Made by a program: the position numbers and the translations under genes. DNA of 64,000 nucleotides, taken from Octopus vulgaris (Eukaryota). The stretch is taken from NCBI GenBank assembly GCA_951406725.2, contig OX597837.1, positions 18,228,001-18,292,000 of the forward strand. The letters are read 5' to 3'. Position 1 is the first letter of the stretch. Each line of letters starts with the position of its first letter. Under the pieces are notes generated by a model that saw only the letters and a program-made list of their open reading frames with translations, did no database searches and had not been told where the DNA came from. This document shows, piece after piece, positions 1-14,790 of this stretch.

Positions 1-472
1 GTTTAAGAGTTAAACAAACCACTTCTAACCACTTCATAATTAAAACTAATAACTGTAAAGTTAGACTTACTAGATTTGTTGTTGAACGGTGGAATAGCAG
101 AAATGGTGTTTTGGGTAGTGAAATTACAAAAATGATATAGTAAGTTCCAATCCAATAAAAGCATTACCATTCTTTGCTTTTGAGTTACTAAAATAGTACC
201 AGGCATATACTAGGATACTTCTTTCAATTTTATTTATCTCTACAAATTTATTTCCTTATACCTATATAAAATCATTTTAGTGTTACATGTGGTGGTTTGG
301 CAGAAATGATAGCTGGGTTAGAAGAGCCAAACAGTATTTAGTTTTATCATCTTCTTACAGTATTCAAATCCAGTCAGGATTATGGCAATTTTCATCAGCC
401 TGCTGTTAATAAAATAAAAGAAATCATTATCATCAGCTGTTAATTAGACTTGATTGGGATTTATTGTTACAG

Positions 473-574
473 GTGAAGACAGTAGTGATGATGCCCAAGT
501 GGAACATATGCAGATATCCACTGCAGTTCAACCCTGCATTGGGGAAAAGTTTTCAGATTCTCAAGAGGATTCAG
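473..574 (+). CDS. NCOA: NCOA internal exon (late PAS-A region; EDSSDDAQVEHMQISTAVQPCIGEKFSDSQEDS)
   Basis: ttacag acceptor, TCAG|gtaagc donor, 102 nt open. EHMQ resembles the SRC YETMQ segment preceding QSCMICVARR. Confidence 0.82.
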
Positions 575-3500
575 GTAAGCTTCATATGTGATATGTAATT
601 TACAAAATTATACGAAATATGTAATAGCCAAAAGTTTCCTGTTCTCTAAGCTTCTTTTACTAATGGCAGTCTAACTTAATGCAAAAAGGGACAACTATTT
701 ACTTGAGGCTTTATTTGCTTCAACCTCAAGAAACTAAAGATTGACATTGTTGAACATCTCTTTGACAGTTGTTTTAAAAGTGGCTGTGATGACTCTTTTC
801 ATATTGCTTGTCACTCAGCATTGAGTAGAACTCTCCATTAAATGGACAATCTCAGCATGGATGAGATATTACACAAACAATGACTACATAACCATTACCA
901 GATGTTTTATGTGAGTCTAATTTGTGTAGTTGAGAAGAACAACCACTAATGTTTGTCTAGTTCTGCCTTTGGACAAGACCATAGTAAGTTACTAAATGAA
1001 CTACAGTATAGTCAGTACTCTGCGAGTAAACTGGTCTTTCCCAGAATAGTAATCAAGAATTGAAACTGGAACAGTTCTTGTTTCTTGTCAAAGAACACAA
1101 GCACAGCATAGATAAGAGACTGGATTTAAAATGTAATCATTTTCATGGTATTGTTTTTCGGTGTGTTCATTCTTCAATTCCTTTGTTTATTCACATTTTA
1201 AAAGTGTTCTTTTTTTTTATAGAGCGGCAGTCTTGCTTACTTTGTATAGCTAGGCGGGATAAAACGCATGATAAGATGAGTGCAACCATGAAAAAATTTA
1301 CTACAAAACAGGATTTAAATGGAAAAATTATTGCCTGTGATGCAAGGTATGGAAAAAAATTTTCCTTTTTATATATAAATCTGTTATTGGAGAAGGTACA
1401 TCACCTATTAGAATTGTTCTCATTATTTTTACTACTGAAATAGAGAAAACCATGTTAACAGAATGTCAGTCTGAATAGTTTGTAGTCTATCAGCATCACT
1501 GCAGTGTGTTAATGGTCACCATATGTAATTCTCATCTCACTGTAAGTGCCAGTTGATGGTATATCTTATCATTGTAAGCAGTAGCACTATAAAATTAATG
1601 ATTGTTTCATAAGTTTTCAATACTAAGTCCAGTTCTTCCAGGAAATGTCAACTTAAGAGAGCAATGTATTATTGTCATGCTCCTATAATGTAGTGGGGGA
1701 AAGGTACAAATTCTTCTGGGAGGGTAACAACAACAGAGTGTGTACAGGAATTGTGTTGCTAGCAGACAAATGAATAGAGTAATTGAAGTACTCAGTGTCC
1801 AGTAACATAATTAAACTTAGGCTTGTCATAGACAGTCCTTCTGCATGTGCACCACAACTAAGACTGACAGATGTGTGTAGTAGCTAGTGAGACTGCAGAG
1901 CAACAAAAGGAGAGTTTGATTTGTTGCAGATGTATGTAGTGTGCTGTTGGAATAAAGAATAGCAGCAAACACAGAAGCTTTATCTGCAAGAGTGCTTCTT
2001 ACAGTCAGAAACCTTGTTTTCAACACTTACTGCTATATTTCCATAGATGAATTTTTGCTAGCATTAGGTGGAACATATTTGGAGCTGTTGGTTAGTTCAT
2101 GAGTCCTGTAAACTGGAATGTCTAGATCTAGCAATGAGTTGGTTTTGTAGTGTATTTAGATAGAGAAGTTTATTAATACTGTTTTCCTATATATCTACAT
2201 ATAAATGTGTAATATATCTAGATTGAGAAGTGTAACTATTTTATATCTAGATAATTTTTTAAAATTTCATTTAGAAAATAAATGGTGCCCCAGCATGGCC
2301 ACAGCTCATTAGCTGAAACTGGAAAATCAAAAAATCATAGATAGAAGTTATGTAACAATTTAGATATAGTAAAAAACAAAATTCCTTGATTCATTATTTT
2401 TCACTTTTTTTTAGTCAAATCTCAGGAAACCATAATAAATTCTCAGACCTTGTTGGACGTCGACTGCAAGATCTATGTCACAGTAGTGATGTGCCGAATA
2501 TAAAGCAACATTTGCAGGATGGTAAGTAATAACACTTTCTAGTTTTAAATTCAACACGAAGGCCTTTTATTTTATGGTCGTGTTAGTGCTTAAATCTTTT
2601 AAACTATTCCAAAGTACAGTTCTATATTTAAGAGATGAGGAATTATGTACATTATTTATATTTGACTGATATTGTCCTCACCTTGTTTGTTGTTAACACA
2701 ACGTTTCGGCTGATATAACCTCCAGCCTTCATCAGGTGTCTTGGGGAAATTTTGAACTTGGATTCTCATTCCCTGGGCATATGGCGTAGTGGTTAAGGGT
2801 GCGGGCTACTAACCTCAAGATTCTGAGTTCAATTCCAGGCAATAACCTTAATAATAATAATATTTAAAAAAAACCTTATGAATGAGAACCCAAGTTCAAA
2901 ATTTCCCCAAGACACCTGAAATGTTGTGTTAACAACAAACAAGATGAGGACAAATTTCCGTCTAATGTAAATAATGTATTCCAAAGTAACCATTCAGCTG
3001 TACTAGCTCTCTTGGATATTTTATATTTTTTCTGTTGCGGTATTATATAAAGATGTTTCAGGGTCAGCAATTATAACAATCTACACCAATAATTAATCAA
3101 AGATGAAATCAAAGTTTCTTCTCAACAGTTGATATAGAGTAGTTTCAATGCAAACTGTTGATCTTTGTATATTTTCAGTTCAGATCTTTTCCACACCTCT
3201 CAGTCATATATCACACTCACTCTCTTGTTCATTTCATTTGTATCTTTTTATGTCCTTCATTGTACCATTTTAAAACTTCCCTATAATTCTCAAACATATT
3301 TGTATGAGGTTGTTTTACTCACTTTCTTGAGACATCTCCATCGGATGGGTTAGTTGACATACATAGGTAGTTATGGTATGTCTACAGGCATTTTTTCTCT
3401 CCAGCTTGCACACAATCTATATATGCTTACAAATTTCTACAATGCAATGCATTCTAGATGTTCTTTAAGTTTTTCTGATGTATATTAATTATTTCTTTAA

Positions 3501-5900
3501 AATTTCACTATTGCTATCAGTTTTCTAGTTCTAGGATGAAAGTTTTAAACACCATTGAAACCATTGATAAGTATTTTTTTTTTTTTCTTTTTAGTCTTCT
3601 CTTTCTTTAAGAAACTTTTGAATGTGGAACTGAACCAATTTCCACTCACACATTCATTTACCTTCCTCTTGACACCCATATTGTTTCGATTCATTCAACC
3701 TTATACTACCCACTATTGAGTGCTTTCTTCTCAGAATGTCAGTTCTCTGAAGTTCCCTCTATGCTCATGGTTTTTCTGCAATCATCATCTTGCAAATAAT
3801 CACATTAATGTCACCAAAGAATCAAGGTTACTTTGGGATTAAACAACACAAGAAATCAGACTGTACATTTGGCATGTGTCAGAATTCTTTATTAAAATAT
3901 TTCTGCAAAGATCCACTCCATTATCATGTAATATAATATAGAGATCACATTATAACCAACACAATCAATAAGCACATCATATTTTGTATTTCAAAGGTTA
4001 TAGTGATAACTCACTACAACATATGAAATTGTAGTATGACTCATATACTAATTCTTCTGTACTCACAATGTATTCTACACTGTAATGTGTAGTTAAGGGA
4101 GGGGCTAATCAACAGGATTAGATACAGTGGTTAGTATTGAACATGAGCCGTTTAACATAGCAGGAGTGATGAGAGGGGTGAGATGAGTAGGCCTGGGTTG
4201 TTGTGTAACCTCAGATCAACTCTGCTTGAGCAGTTCCAGGGCATGCAAATCAGCCAAATGACTAGGCATGATCTGCCTTTTTGTTGGTCTTGTTATACCA
4301 TGTCTCCACACTCAGTTGTACCGATGAATCACATGTAATGCATTGCGACAGACCTGGGTAGTGGTGGTATGTAACTAGTTAGTTCAGAAGAATAGAGGCA
4401 GTTATGATAAGGATAGAATAACCATAGAAAGGAAGTGGTATGCCTATGGGCCAGAGGTTGTTCTATTGATGATTGAATCCATTGTCAGTTAGTCAGGTGA
4501 CCTTGTTTTGGATGTAACCCAAGATCTCTGTGTAACAACAACATTGCTCCCAGGTATGTGAACAGTAACTTTATTATTGCAGATCTTAGTAGGTGATTAT
4601 TGAGGGTCAGAAATTAACCAAGTATTTTCTGGCCCTAAAGAGAAGCTATGTTATTCTGAGGTTGCCAAAAAAGATCTCCCAAGATTGTGAAATCTAACAT
4701 TTGTAACGACTTTATTTTAATTGAGAATTGTTCATGATTAAAGAGGGAATTTGATTATTTCTTTGATATGAAAAGTAATAGTGTTACTGTACTTTTGAAA
4801 GAGATAAAATGTCCATGTGCTCATTGAAACTTATTTACAAGATCTCTGTTTATAGAGGCAGTGTAAATTTTGAAGAAAGCAGTGCTTTTATTAGGTTTCA
4901 CAGTGCTACATATAATATTATGACATGGACATGAATGTATTATCTCTCACTTAAACAAGTCTGTAACCTCAGCTACAGCATTCATGGTAATGTAGAGAAA
5001 TATCAGAAAAAATGTTTATCAACCTATGGCTTTTTAATTTTTTTTTTTGTAATGTACACTGACTGAAGTCTTGCAGCTCAATGCAGAAGGGGATCTATGA
5101 TTATGGACTCTGTAGTCACTGCACCTCCAATTACATGTTTGAAAATCTTGCATATAAGGACACCAGATGTGAAGAGGAAAGCTAGATCCATTACAAGTAT
5201 AACATTTGTAGTTTAAGCTCAAAGCAATACACTTTTATTTCTATTTCATATTGGTGAACAATAATGCCACTTGTTAGATAAACACACAGTCATACCTGTG
5301 CCTATACATGGTGGGCTTTTGCTTAATTTCTGTTTACGAAATCTCACTTATAATCCATTGATCAACCTGAAATATTTACCTATGGTGTCTGTTCTGTGGA
5401 GTTGAACCTGGAATCATGTAATTATGAAACAAACCTCTTAACCACACAACCAAATGTACACTCAGATCTTCATTGCATATGTATATTACTTAGCTATGTA
5501 TAAGCAGAGGTCGTTTGGACTTTAATAGATGAGCAAGTAATGGAAATGATGATTAGCAAGGAAAGATAAAATGAGAATGTATAATTCTTATACTCCTCTC
5601 AGTGTAGTGATGAAATGGGTTAAACTGAAAATAAAATAGATTAGGTAATAGATTAGATTCACTTTTACATTGCAGTTATATGCCTTATATACCTGCTACC
5701 ATATCTACTACATGAACTGTGGAAATGATGTCAACTATATACATATATACAGTACAAAAATAAAAAAAGTACAAATACAAAGTTTATTAAGTTTAAGCTT
5801 GGTAAAAATCAGAAGTTTTTAATGTTTCAAGTATACACCTTCCTATAGAAAGAATAGATAAGGAGAGAGAAAAGAACAAGCATGTCTTAATGCTGAAAAT

Positions 5901-5931
<31 letters not shown>

Positions 5932-8900
5932 ATATATGCATATATGTGTATATATATATATACACATACACACACTCTAGGTGCATAGCCTAATGGTTAG
6001 GTTTTTACGCTGATGGTCACTAGATTGTGAGTTCAGTTCCCTGACTGGGCAGTGTGCTGTGTTCTAGAGCAAAACATTTCAGTTCACATTGCTTCAACTT
6101 TCAATGAGGAGAATGTCGGCCTGCTTGCCTAGCCAGCAGGATGGCATCATTTGAAGGCTAAAACAATGCATTGTGCATTGTGACCAGTAATGTGTAACAA
6201 CATCTGATAATGTGGTCAGTCACGTGATACGTATGTGCATACAAGAAAAAGACAATAGACTCTGTCTACTCGAGCGCTTCCACCAGCAATGTCTCCGCAC
6301 CATCCTCAACATTCACTGGAGTGACTTCGTCACAAATATTGATGTTTTGGAGCAAGCCAAGATCCCCAGCATTGAAGCCATGCTATTGAAGTACCACCTC
6401 CAATGGGGCAGGGCATGTCTCCAGAATGGAGAACCATTGCCTTCCTAAGATTGTCCTGTTTGGCGAACTCTCAGGCCACCGTGAGAGAGGAACCCCAAGG
6501 AAATGCTACAAAGACTGCCTCAAAAAGTCTCTCATCATGTCATGTTGACCACCAATGCTGGACAGACCTGGCTGCGGACCTTGATGACTGGTGCCACACA
6601 ATCTTCAACACAGTCAGCGAGTTGGAAGAACACAGAAGAGAGACGCAGGAGGAAGGCCTGAGCCACCTCTGACACCACACCAGATGTTATCATCATCTGC
6701 AGACACTGCTCATGGACCTGCCTTTCCTGCATCGGACTTGTCAGTCATGAGTGTGCCTGCAGACGACATGGACAACCTTCCTAATCTTTGTTCACGAAGC
6801 CAAGCCAAGCCATGATGATGATGATGTATGTGCACACACAGTAAGAGAGCTGTAGCTGTAAGTTGATTATTTATAGAATTTTGATTAAATCAGTTTTACA
6901 GTTATAATTTGACTTCACACTGGGATTCCTTTCTACATTCTAGAGAACTTCAAACATTTATTTCACTTCTTGTGTGCTTTTCATTTATAAAAATGTTACA
7001 TAGTTTTGCATTTGCAGAAGAGTTTTTAAAAACATTGCTAGGATTTTTCTTTTTTTTTGTTTTCTGTGGGAGGAGTCACAATTGGTTGTCAGTTAGTTGC
7101 ACAACATTATCATTTGAACCAGTAAGAGAGCTTTTATATACTCATTTGACATGTTACTGACTGCAGGAACCAAATTTCCAAGAAACTCTCCAGAAACTAC
7201 TACTGCCTGTTTTAAATCAGAATGACTACAGCTAGAATGATGCCATTTCATCCAGGCATGTGTTGTACCTGTTGCACTTAGTAAATAGGATAGCTAAACT
7301 TTCTGTGGTGCATGAATTACATGGTCTCTTATCACCAGCGTAAGAAGTAGCTTTAGAGATTATGCTGGATTTAAGTATGTAGTTAATACTTTCTTCCTTC
7401 AACTCCCAAATAAAATTGCGAGTGAAGTTTCATATTTTTCCATTAAGGTTTCTGAATGTATGGCTGTGGTAATAGAGTAAGTTGATTAGAGTGGAAGTTA
7501 TATATATGTGTAATAAATTATTTGTGAATATAGTACATTGATAAACTGTATTGGTATCTTGGCATTTAGGGTCTAAAGGATACATTTAGGGTTTCTACAT
7601 TTACAATTGAGATATTAATATTTTAGCTATAGTTACCATTGTTTGTAACATACAATGTTGGGAAGTGATGTTCAGATAGAAATAACTCATCTAAACAATA
7701 TATGTGTTGAAAAATTTGAGCTATGTGTAATTGGGAAATGGCAGTTTATAAGTTTTTCAAATTTCCTTGAAATATGGGTAGTTATATCTAAGCTATGAGG
7801 TAAATTCAACCAGCTGACTTTCTATTTCTGGTTCTTCTTGAATATAGAATGGTTGGGTGTTTTTCAACAGGAGCTAACTTCTCACTGAAGCCATTCTTGG
7901 TTAAATTGTATTTATAGTAGATATAGCCCTGATGAATATTTCCCTAACAGAAAATAGATATAAGGTTCTCCTGCTTATGTCAGCTATTAGATTCCCAATT
8001 ATAGCTAAGGTGGAGGGTCTGAATGCTCGTATATGTATACCATCTCTATTTGGCTTCTTATAGGAGTGGTATTTACTTATCCTAAGCTTTAGTATATCTC
8101 TACAAAATTAGCTATTGTTCAATGATGATGATAATTATCTTCAAGCCAAACTCCTTGAAAAATGCCTATTAGAACATTTCTAAATCTACCAATAGCATGG
8201 CCACCTATGTTGCTTGAGACTGCCAATCCATCATCTCTCTACAAACCTGGGATGTGAGAGGAATTTCATATCTTTGGGGATGTCAAGGATAATCTCATAA
8301 GGTCTACTGTATTACATTTCTATCAGAATCTATGATCACTCCCCATGGAGATTTTTTGACCCAGGTGACATGGTCGCAATATAGCAATGCACAATATCAG
8401 GTTGAATAAATTTGCAGGTGGCCTTGTCTTCAGTACTTTGAAACCTATTGATTATGGCAATACTGCAGTTCCACTGATCTAACCTTGTGGCACTTTTGCT
8501 CTTTAGACTGATGTCAGTGAGAATGTACTTACTGTTTATAATTCATTCATTTTTCGGAGGATTTATTAACCTACATTCAAGTGGGAAATGGGTTTGTGAT
8601 CATTCAAAATTATATCAGGGGTTGAATGGTAAAGCAATCTACCAATCTTCTATTTCTAACAAAACAGTTAATTCTGACACTCTAGTGTACAGTATATATT
8701 GCAGGGCTGGTTTTCTTGTATATTTTGATGCTGTTGTTTATTAGAAGTCCATTGTGCATTACAGTGTCTAGTTTCAATATGTTCTTTGTTTTATCTGTGA
8801 AGAAGCATACTTTCGAGATGTAGTTGTTCAGAACTTTTAGCAAGGGATTATTACAAGGCTGAAATCTTACTTTTGATAAGGTCCAGTTATCATATTGATG

Positions 8901-11097
8901 AGGCAAATTGAAAATCCAAAGGTCTTTCATCATGGTAAGGGACACATTTATGCTTTGAATCTGTATTTAGAAGTAGGTGTACCAGTAATCTAGTTCTTAA
9001 AGAACTAGATTTTTTGTACATCTAGTTAATTATATCAGTGTTATGTCAAAGTTTCATGAAGAGTATCTGTATATGCTTCAAGGAAGGGCAGTTTTTCTAT
9101 TAAGTGCTTGCTAAGACTTAACAAAAACCTGGAGTGAATATTAAAGTGAACAGGTGTACAAAGAAAAAATTACTATATCACATAGAATATATATTTGTAG
9201 CTTAATGCAGTTAATTCCCCCTCCCACCAATTATTACTCAGTTTCATAGACTCACAAATACATGCTTAAATGTATGGGCACCCCCAGAAAGAGGAGTATT
9301 GTTTGAAAGTTGATTTCTTGTCAGTTGCTGGTAAGCTGAGCTTTCATTGGATATGCCAGGTCATGTGATTGAAGGCTGACTTACATAGCTCACTGTAAAG
9401 TGTTAGTGGGTGTGGGTGACTTAACTCTGACATTAACTTTGGTAAGTAAGGGAACTAACTCTTCAATACACTTGGGAATTTTTTTCCAGGTTATTTGGTT
9501 GGAACTGAGCCAGCTGTGAAGGATGACAGAAATTATTTTGGATTTCTTGTTGAGGCATGATGTGTGGTGTTTTAGCTGGTGAAACCAACAGTTCCCTCAT
9601 TAGCTGGTTTATGAGAAGGGATCCAATACTTCAAGTTAAAGTACAACATTCATGGTCCTGAGCTCTTATACTTCCAAATGGATGAGACAGAGAAGTGGAG
9701 TTTTTGTTGGCAGATCAAAACATAACACACACACTTCTATATGTATACTAGCAGAGACACCCAGCATTGCTCGGAATTAAAATGGCATAGTTTGTATATA
9801 ATATATTACAGTTATGTTAAAACAGGTGATATGAGAAAGTGCAGTATTGACAACAAAACATTTGTGAATGTGTTAATTTGACTAAGCAACATGCTATGCC
9901 TCTTTTTGGAGTATTTCAAGCCCTAACCTGTCATGGAAAATTGGGGGTGGGGTTATGTGATTTTTGAATGCACCAAAAAGCTGTCAGTGGATATACTCTC
10001 TTTTACAGCAGTTGGCACTGTGTCTAACACGACCCATCATCTTAAATTTTGACACCTCCTTCAGGTTTGTTGTCCTACATCACTCATAAAGTCAATTTGG
10101 AGGAACTGTGGTTTTATATTTGTAGGTAACAGGGAACCAATGAGGTGATACACTTGCCCTTGAACCTTGACGTCGGCGTAAATTCATGTTTAATAATCTT
10201 AGATGCAGTAAACAATGTCATTTGAAATGCAGAGTTGTATTGTCTGATATTGTTCAGAAAATCCTTTGACTGGATGGAAGTGCCTTCTAGAAGATCCGTA
10301 TTGAGGAGGAGCTGGTAGTACTGGCAATGTTACCTGACAGCCTGAGCAGCACAAACCATTTGTTTCATTTGAAATTTTTAAACCTCTACAGAAACGACAA
10401 TTTGTGTTTAACACTCCAATTTGGACGAAGTTATCATTTTTATAAGAATGGGATGAATCATATCTGAAAACACCTTCAGGGTAGTGAAGAACAAATTTGT
10501 ACATAGTCTGTTTCTGAGAGCTATTCTATTGGACCTCTGTCTAATCATTAAAACATTGATTTAATGATCTAGCATTAAGTGCTGCAGCATGCATTTGCTG
10601 ATCTTTGGGAAAGTCTCATCTCCCTTCTCTCTTGAGACTCCGTATGACATGCTGCAGCATGCCTTTGCTGATCTTGAGAAAATTTCATCTCGCTTCTCTC
10701 TTCAGACTCTTGCCTTAGGTTTTTTACAATCGCTTGCTTTATGCTTGTTTCTGGAGGGATTACGTCTTTTCTTTGATGGCATATTTTTTTCAATATTGTA
10801 AACATAAAAAGAAATTATACATTATTCCCTATTTTTGTAAGCAGCTGTATGTATGTATGCAGTATAAATTAACCAAATAGAAGCACATATATGAACTGCT
10901 AATTTAATGGTAAATGCCACAATAATTATTTTAGATAAATTTCTTAATATATATATTAAGCACATGTATTAAATGTTAATTTAAGGGTTAATATGTAACT
11001 GTAAACATCTTGCAACTGCTGCGATAATTATTAACTGGTAATTGAATGAAATCAGTTGTGCAGTTCATGAGTTTTAGGGATTCACACACATTCTCAT

Positions 11098-11144
<47 letters not shown>

Positions 11145-11288
11145 TTGATCTGAAATTCACTTCATAATTACATGATTTCAGTTTCCATCCTATTGCATGG
11201 CACCTACAGCAAGATGTCTTGTACTATAGCCTGTAGCTGACCAATAGCTTGTGAATAAAATTGATAGAGAGAAAGTATTTAGGAGCTG

Positions 11289-11321
<33 letters not shown>

Positions 11322-14300
11322 ATAAATATTTCCATGTGTTTTCACATTTGACTCCATTTAAGTGACAGTGGTGTGTTTACATCTTCTGTACTCAATATAT
11401 CTTGTAGCTCAGCAACTTGAGACTTGCTCAAACCAAACCACATGGAAAAAAGCAAATGTAAAAATGGTGTGTATGTCATCACAAACATATAAATATTTCA
11501 CTCATTTGTTTTATATCCATTTTTCCTTGTTAGCAAGAGTTAGATGAATATATCATTGAGTCATTGATTTAGAACTGAATCTTCTTCCTGTCGCTAACCT
11601 TTACCTGTTTTTTAAATAAGGAACTCCTTATTTCACATGAACTGAACAGACAGTTTATTGGCAGGAGAAGTGACACTAACACTACTTCCAGCTACTGATT
11701 TTTGTTGATTGCACATGTAAACAATTGGGCCCAAGTACACACATACATATATGACATGCGTCTTTCAGTTTATGTCTACCAAATTCACCCACAAAGCTTT
11801 GCTTGGCCTGGGGCAGTACAGCTACGCTTCTATTTTATATATATATATATATTCTTTTAGTCTTTTACTTGTTTCTGTCATTTGACAGTGGCCATTACTG
11901 GAGCACTACCATAAAGGGTTATAGTCAAAGGAATCATCTGCAGGGCTTATTCTTTGTAAGCCTAGTACTTTTTTTTTATCAATCTCTTTTGCCAGGGGAC
12001 ATAAACACACTAGTATCAATTGTCAAGTGATAGCTGGAGCGACAAACACACACATAAATATATATATATATACGACGGGCTTCTTTCAGTTTCTATCTAC
12101 CAAATCCACTCACAAAGTTTTGGTCGTCTCTAGGCTATAGTAGAAGATACTTGCTCAAGGTGCCATGCAGTCGGACTGAACTTGGCACCATGTGGTTGGG
12201 AAGTTAGCTTCTTGCCACATCTGTGTGTGTTTGTCTTCTTGTCTTGACATCGTACAATTGTTGTAAACATCATCCAAGTAGTATCTTTTGTTTACATAAA
12301 AACATGTCTAGCCATGAGGAAATATTTCCTTACTTGGAAACAAGAAGGGCTTCCAGCTGTAGAAAGCATGCAAACATGGCTCAAATATATTCAAAGTGAA
12401 CATTAAAATGATTGCGCACATCTGTATATATACATTTATACTTAATGATAGGACACATTATATATATGTATGTATGTATGTACATACATACAAAATGAAA
12501 AGGGAAATAAAGAAATTTTGTAACAGTGTTAAAAGTTTGACAAACAAAACTATATTTTAGATGCAAAAGCCTAGCTTCAGAAGGAAGCAGTCTAAGAAAT
12601 GTGTATTTACCTCAATTTCATTATTTCTTTTTAACTGTTTCGGTTAGCAGCAGCAGTGGCTCTCTAAGTTGTCACCTGTGATTGTTGTAACATATTTTCA
12701 CATAGTGGTGATGGAAGATGGTGTTAGTGGGGTATGCTATATTGTTGGTCTTAGTTGCTGTGATGTATTGATAGGAGCCACTTGCCCATCTTTAATCAAC
12801 TATTGATTTTCAGGTTGAGGCAGTTGATCAGATTTCTTGTGTTCTTCTCTTAGTCTAGTATGGAGGCATCTATCTCTTTGGTAGTGTTGCAACATTTGGT
12901 TAAGTGTTTGCAAAAGGAAGATGCATTGATAGTGAGGTGTTGCTTCATTAAGACACAGAGTGATCAGACCATGCTACCGAAATAATAGTTGTTGCATTTT
13001 GAGTACCATATCTGTTATACTACGTATGTATGTAGGCACATGTTAATGTTGGAAATAGGGCAGTTCCTTTAGGAACTAAGCATCATGTGCATCCTGGCTG
13101 GTGTTGTCACTGCATCTCTTGTGTCTACAGGTTTCTGTATGGATATATGTGTGTGTGTATACACACACATACACATGTAAGTATATATGTCTAAAACATA
13201 TGTAGGTGCAGGAGTGGCAATGTGTAGTAAGTAGCTTGCTTACCAACCACATGGTTCTGGGTTCAGTCCCATTGCATGCCACTTTGGGCAAGTGTCTTCT
13301 TACTCAGGCCAGCCAAAGCCTTGTGAGTGGATTGGGTAGGCGGAAACTGAAAGAAGCCCGTCATATATGTTTGCGTGTCTGTGTTTGTCCCCCAACATCA
13401 CTTGACAACTCATGCTAATGTGGTTATATCCTCGTAACTTAGCAGTTTGCAGTTTGGCAAAAGAGACAACTCATGCTAATGTGGTTATATCCTTGTAACT
13501 TAGCAGTTTGGCAAAAGAGAATAAGTACTCAGCTTACAAAGAATAATTTGCTTGACTAAAGGTGGTGCCCCAGTATGGTTGTAGTCAAAAGGACAAACAA
13601 ATAAAAGAATATACATCATAGATAGATATGTATATGTAGATATACCTGCTGCTGGTAACCCTAAGAATGAGATTGATGTATAAACATTTAACGACAATAC
13701 CTGACTGTTGCATCAAACATGCAACTGCATGGAGGCATAGTATGTTTGCGAGACTGAGTCTCACTGGATCTAAACATCATAAAAATGTCAAGAAAGATAA
13801 ACATGCTCTTATTTTTGTACATCAAATACTCTACAGACTATGGTTACTACTATTATGACCCTAGGCTTTTCTACTTCACTTGCCCCACTTTATTCTGTGT
13901 TTGTGTATTGATATGCATAAATGTGTGTATCTCTCTGCTTGTCCTCTTCTCTCTTCTTTCATCTTTCTTTAACATTCTTTCACCTTCTAGTCAGGTATGC
14001 CAATTTGCTTATACATAATATGCAGGATTAGGTTGTATGTTTTTTGCTGAAATACTGAAGGTGTGTGCTGCTGGCTTATAGAAGTGTATTATTAAATCTT
14101 AAAAAAAGGTGTTGAGTTGGCAGAATTTTTAGTATACTGGATAAAATGCTTAGTGGCATTTCATCCATCTTTACAGCCAAAGTCAAGTTCTACCAAGACT
14201 GACTTTTGACTTTTATCCTTTCAAGGGTGATAAAATAAATACCCATTGAGCACTAGAGTTGATGTAATTGACCAGCCCTCACTCTCAACATTTCAGACCT

Positions 14301-14736
14301 ATAGTAGAAAGAACTATTAAAGCTAAAAAACACCAGTTGTGTTTTCTGTGTTTCTTATTACTGTATAACATGGCTCAAACTCCACACTCTATCCTATTGC
14401 ATGATCTGACAGTTCACTTTCAAACCACATGGAATATTGGTGTTGAGTGGAACTTTTTACTGAGCTGAAATTATCTGGTATCAGCACACTGATAATTGTA
14501 TATATACTTACACACACATACATATATGCATATACATATATCTAAATAAACGTATATTCATACACACATTTGTATGTTTATACATATAGCTGTTAAACTA
14601 GCAACAAATAAACAAAAAGATAAAATCAATAGGTCAAGGGCTACAAACACTACAGGTTTCAAGTAAGAGTATCCTTCTTTCATATATATATTTATATACA
14701 TGTGCATTTATGCACTCATGTAAATAAACATATACA

Positions 14737-14790
<54 letters not shown>

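Noticed and set aside
3-206. Minus-strand 67-aa ORF at the window edge
   Set aside because: No recognisable motif or splice support.
1695-1830. Possible extra exon (RYKFFWEGN...)
   Set aside because: It resembles a decayed RTE endonuclease fragment with stops, and exons 1346 and 2415 already join in phase.
2776-2840. tRNA-like sequence with A and B boxes
   Set aside because: No complete acceptor stem or cloverleaf; it is a SINE head.
8987-9011. 12-bp-arm palindrome aatctagttctt-a-aagaactagatt
   Set aside because: Short, AT-rich and without TSD or context; could be chance or a tiny TE scar.
13405-13520. About 60-bp direct repeat, superficially array-like
   Set aside because: Simple tandem duplication inside a SINE; there are no spacers, so it is not CRISPR-like.
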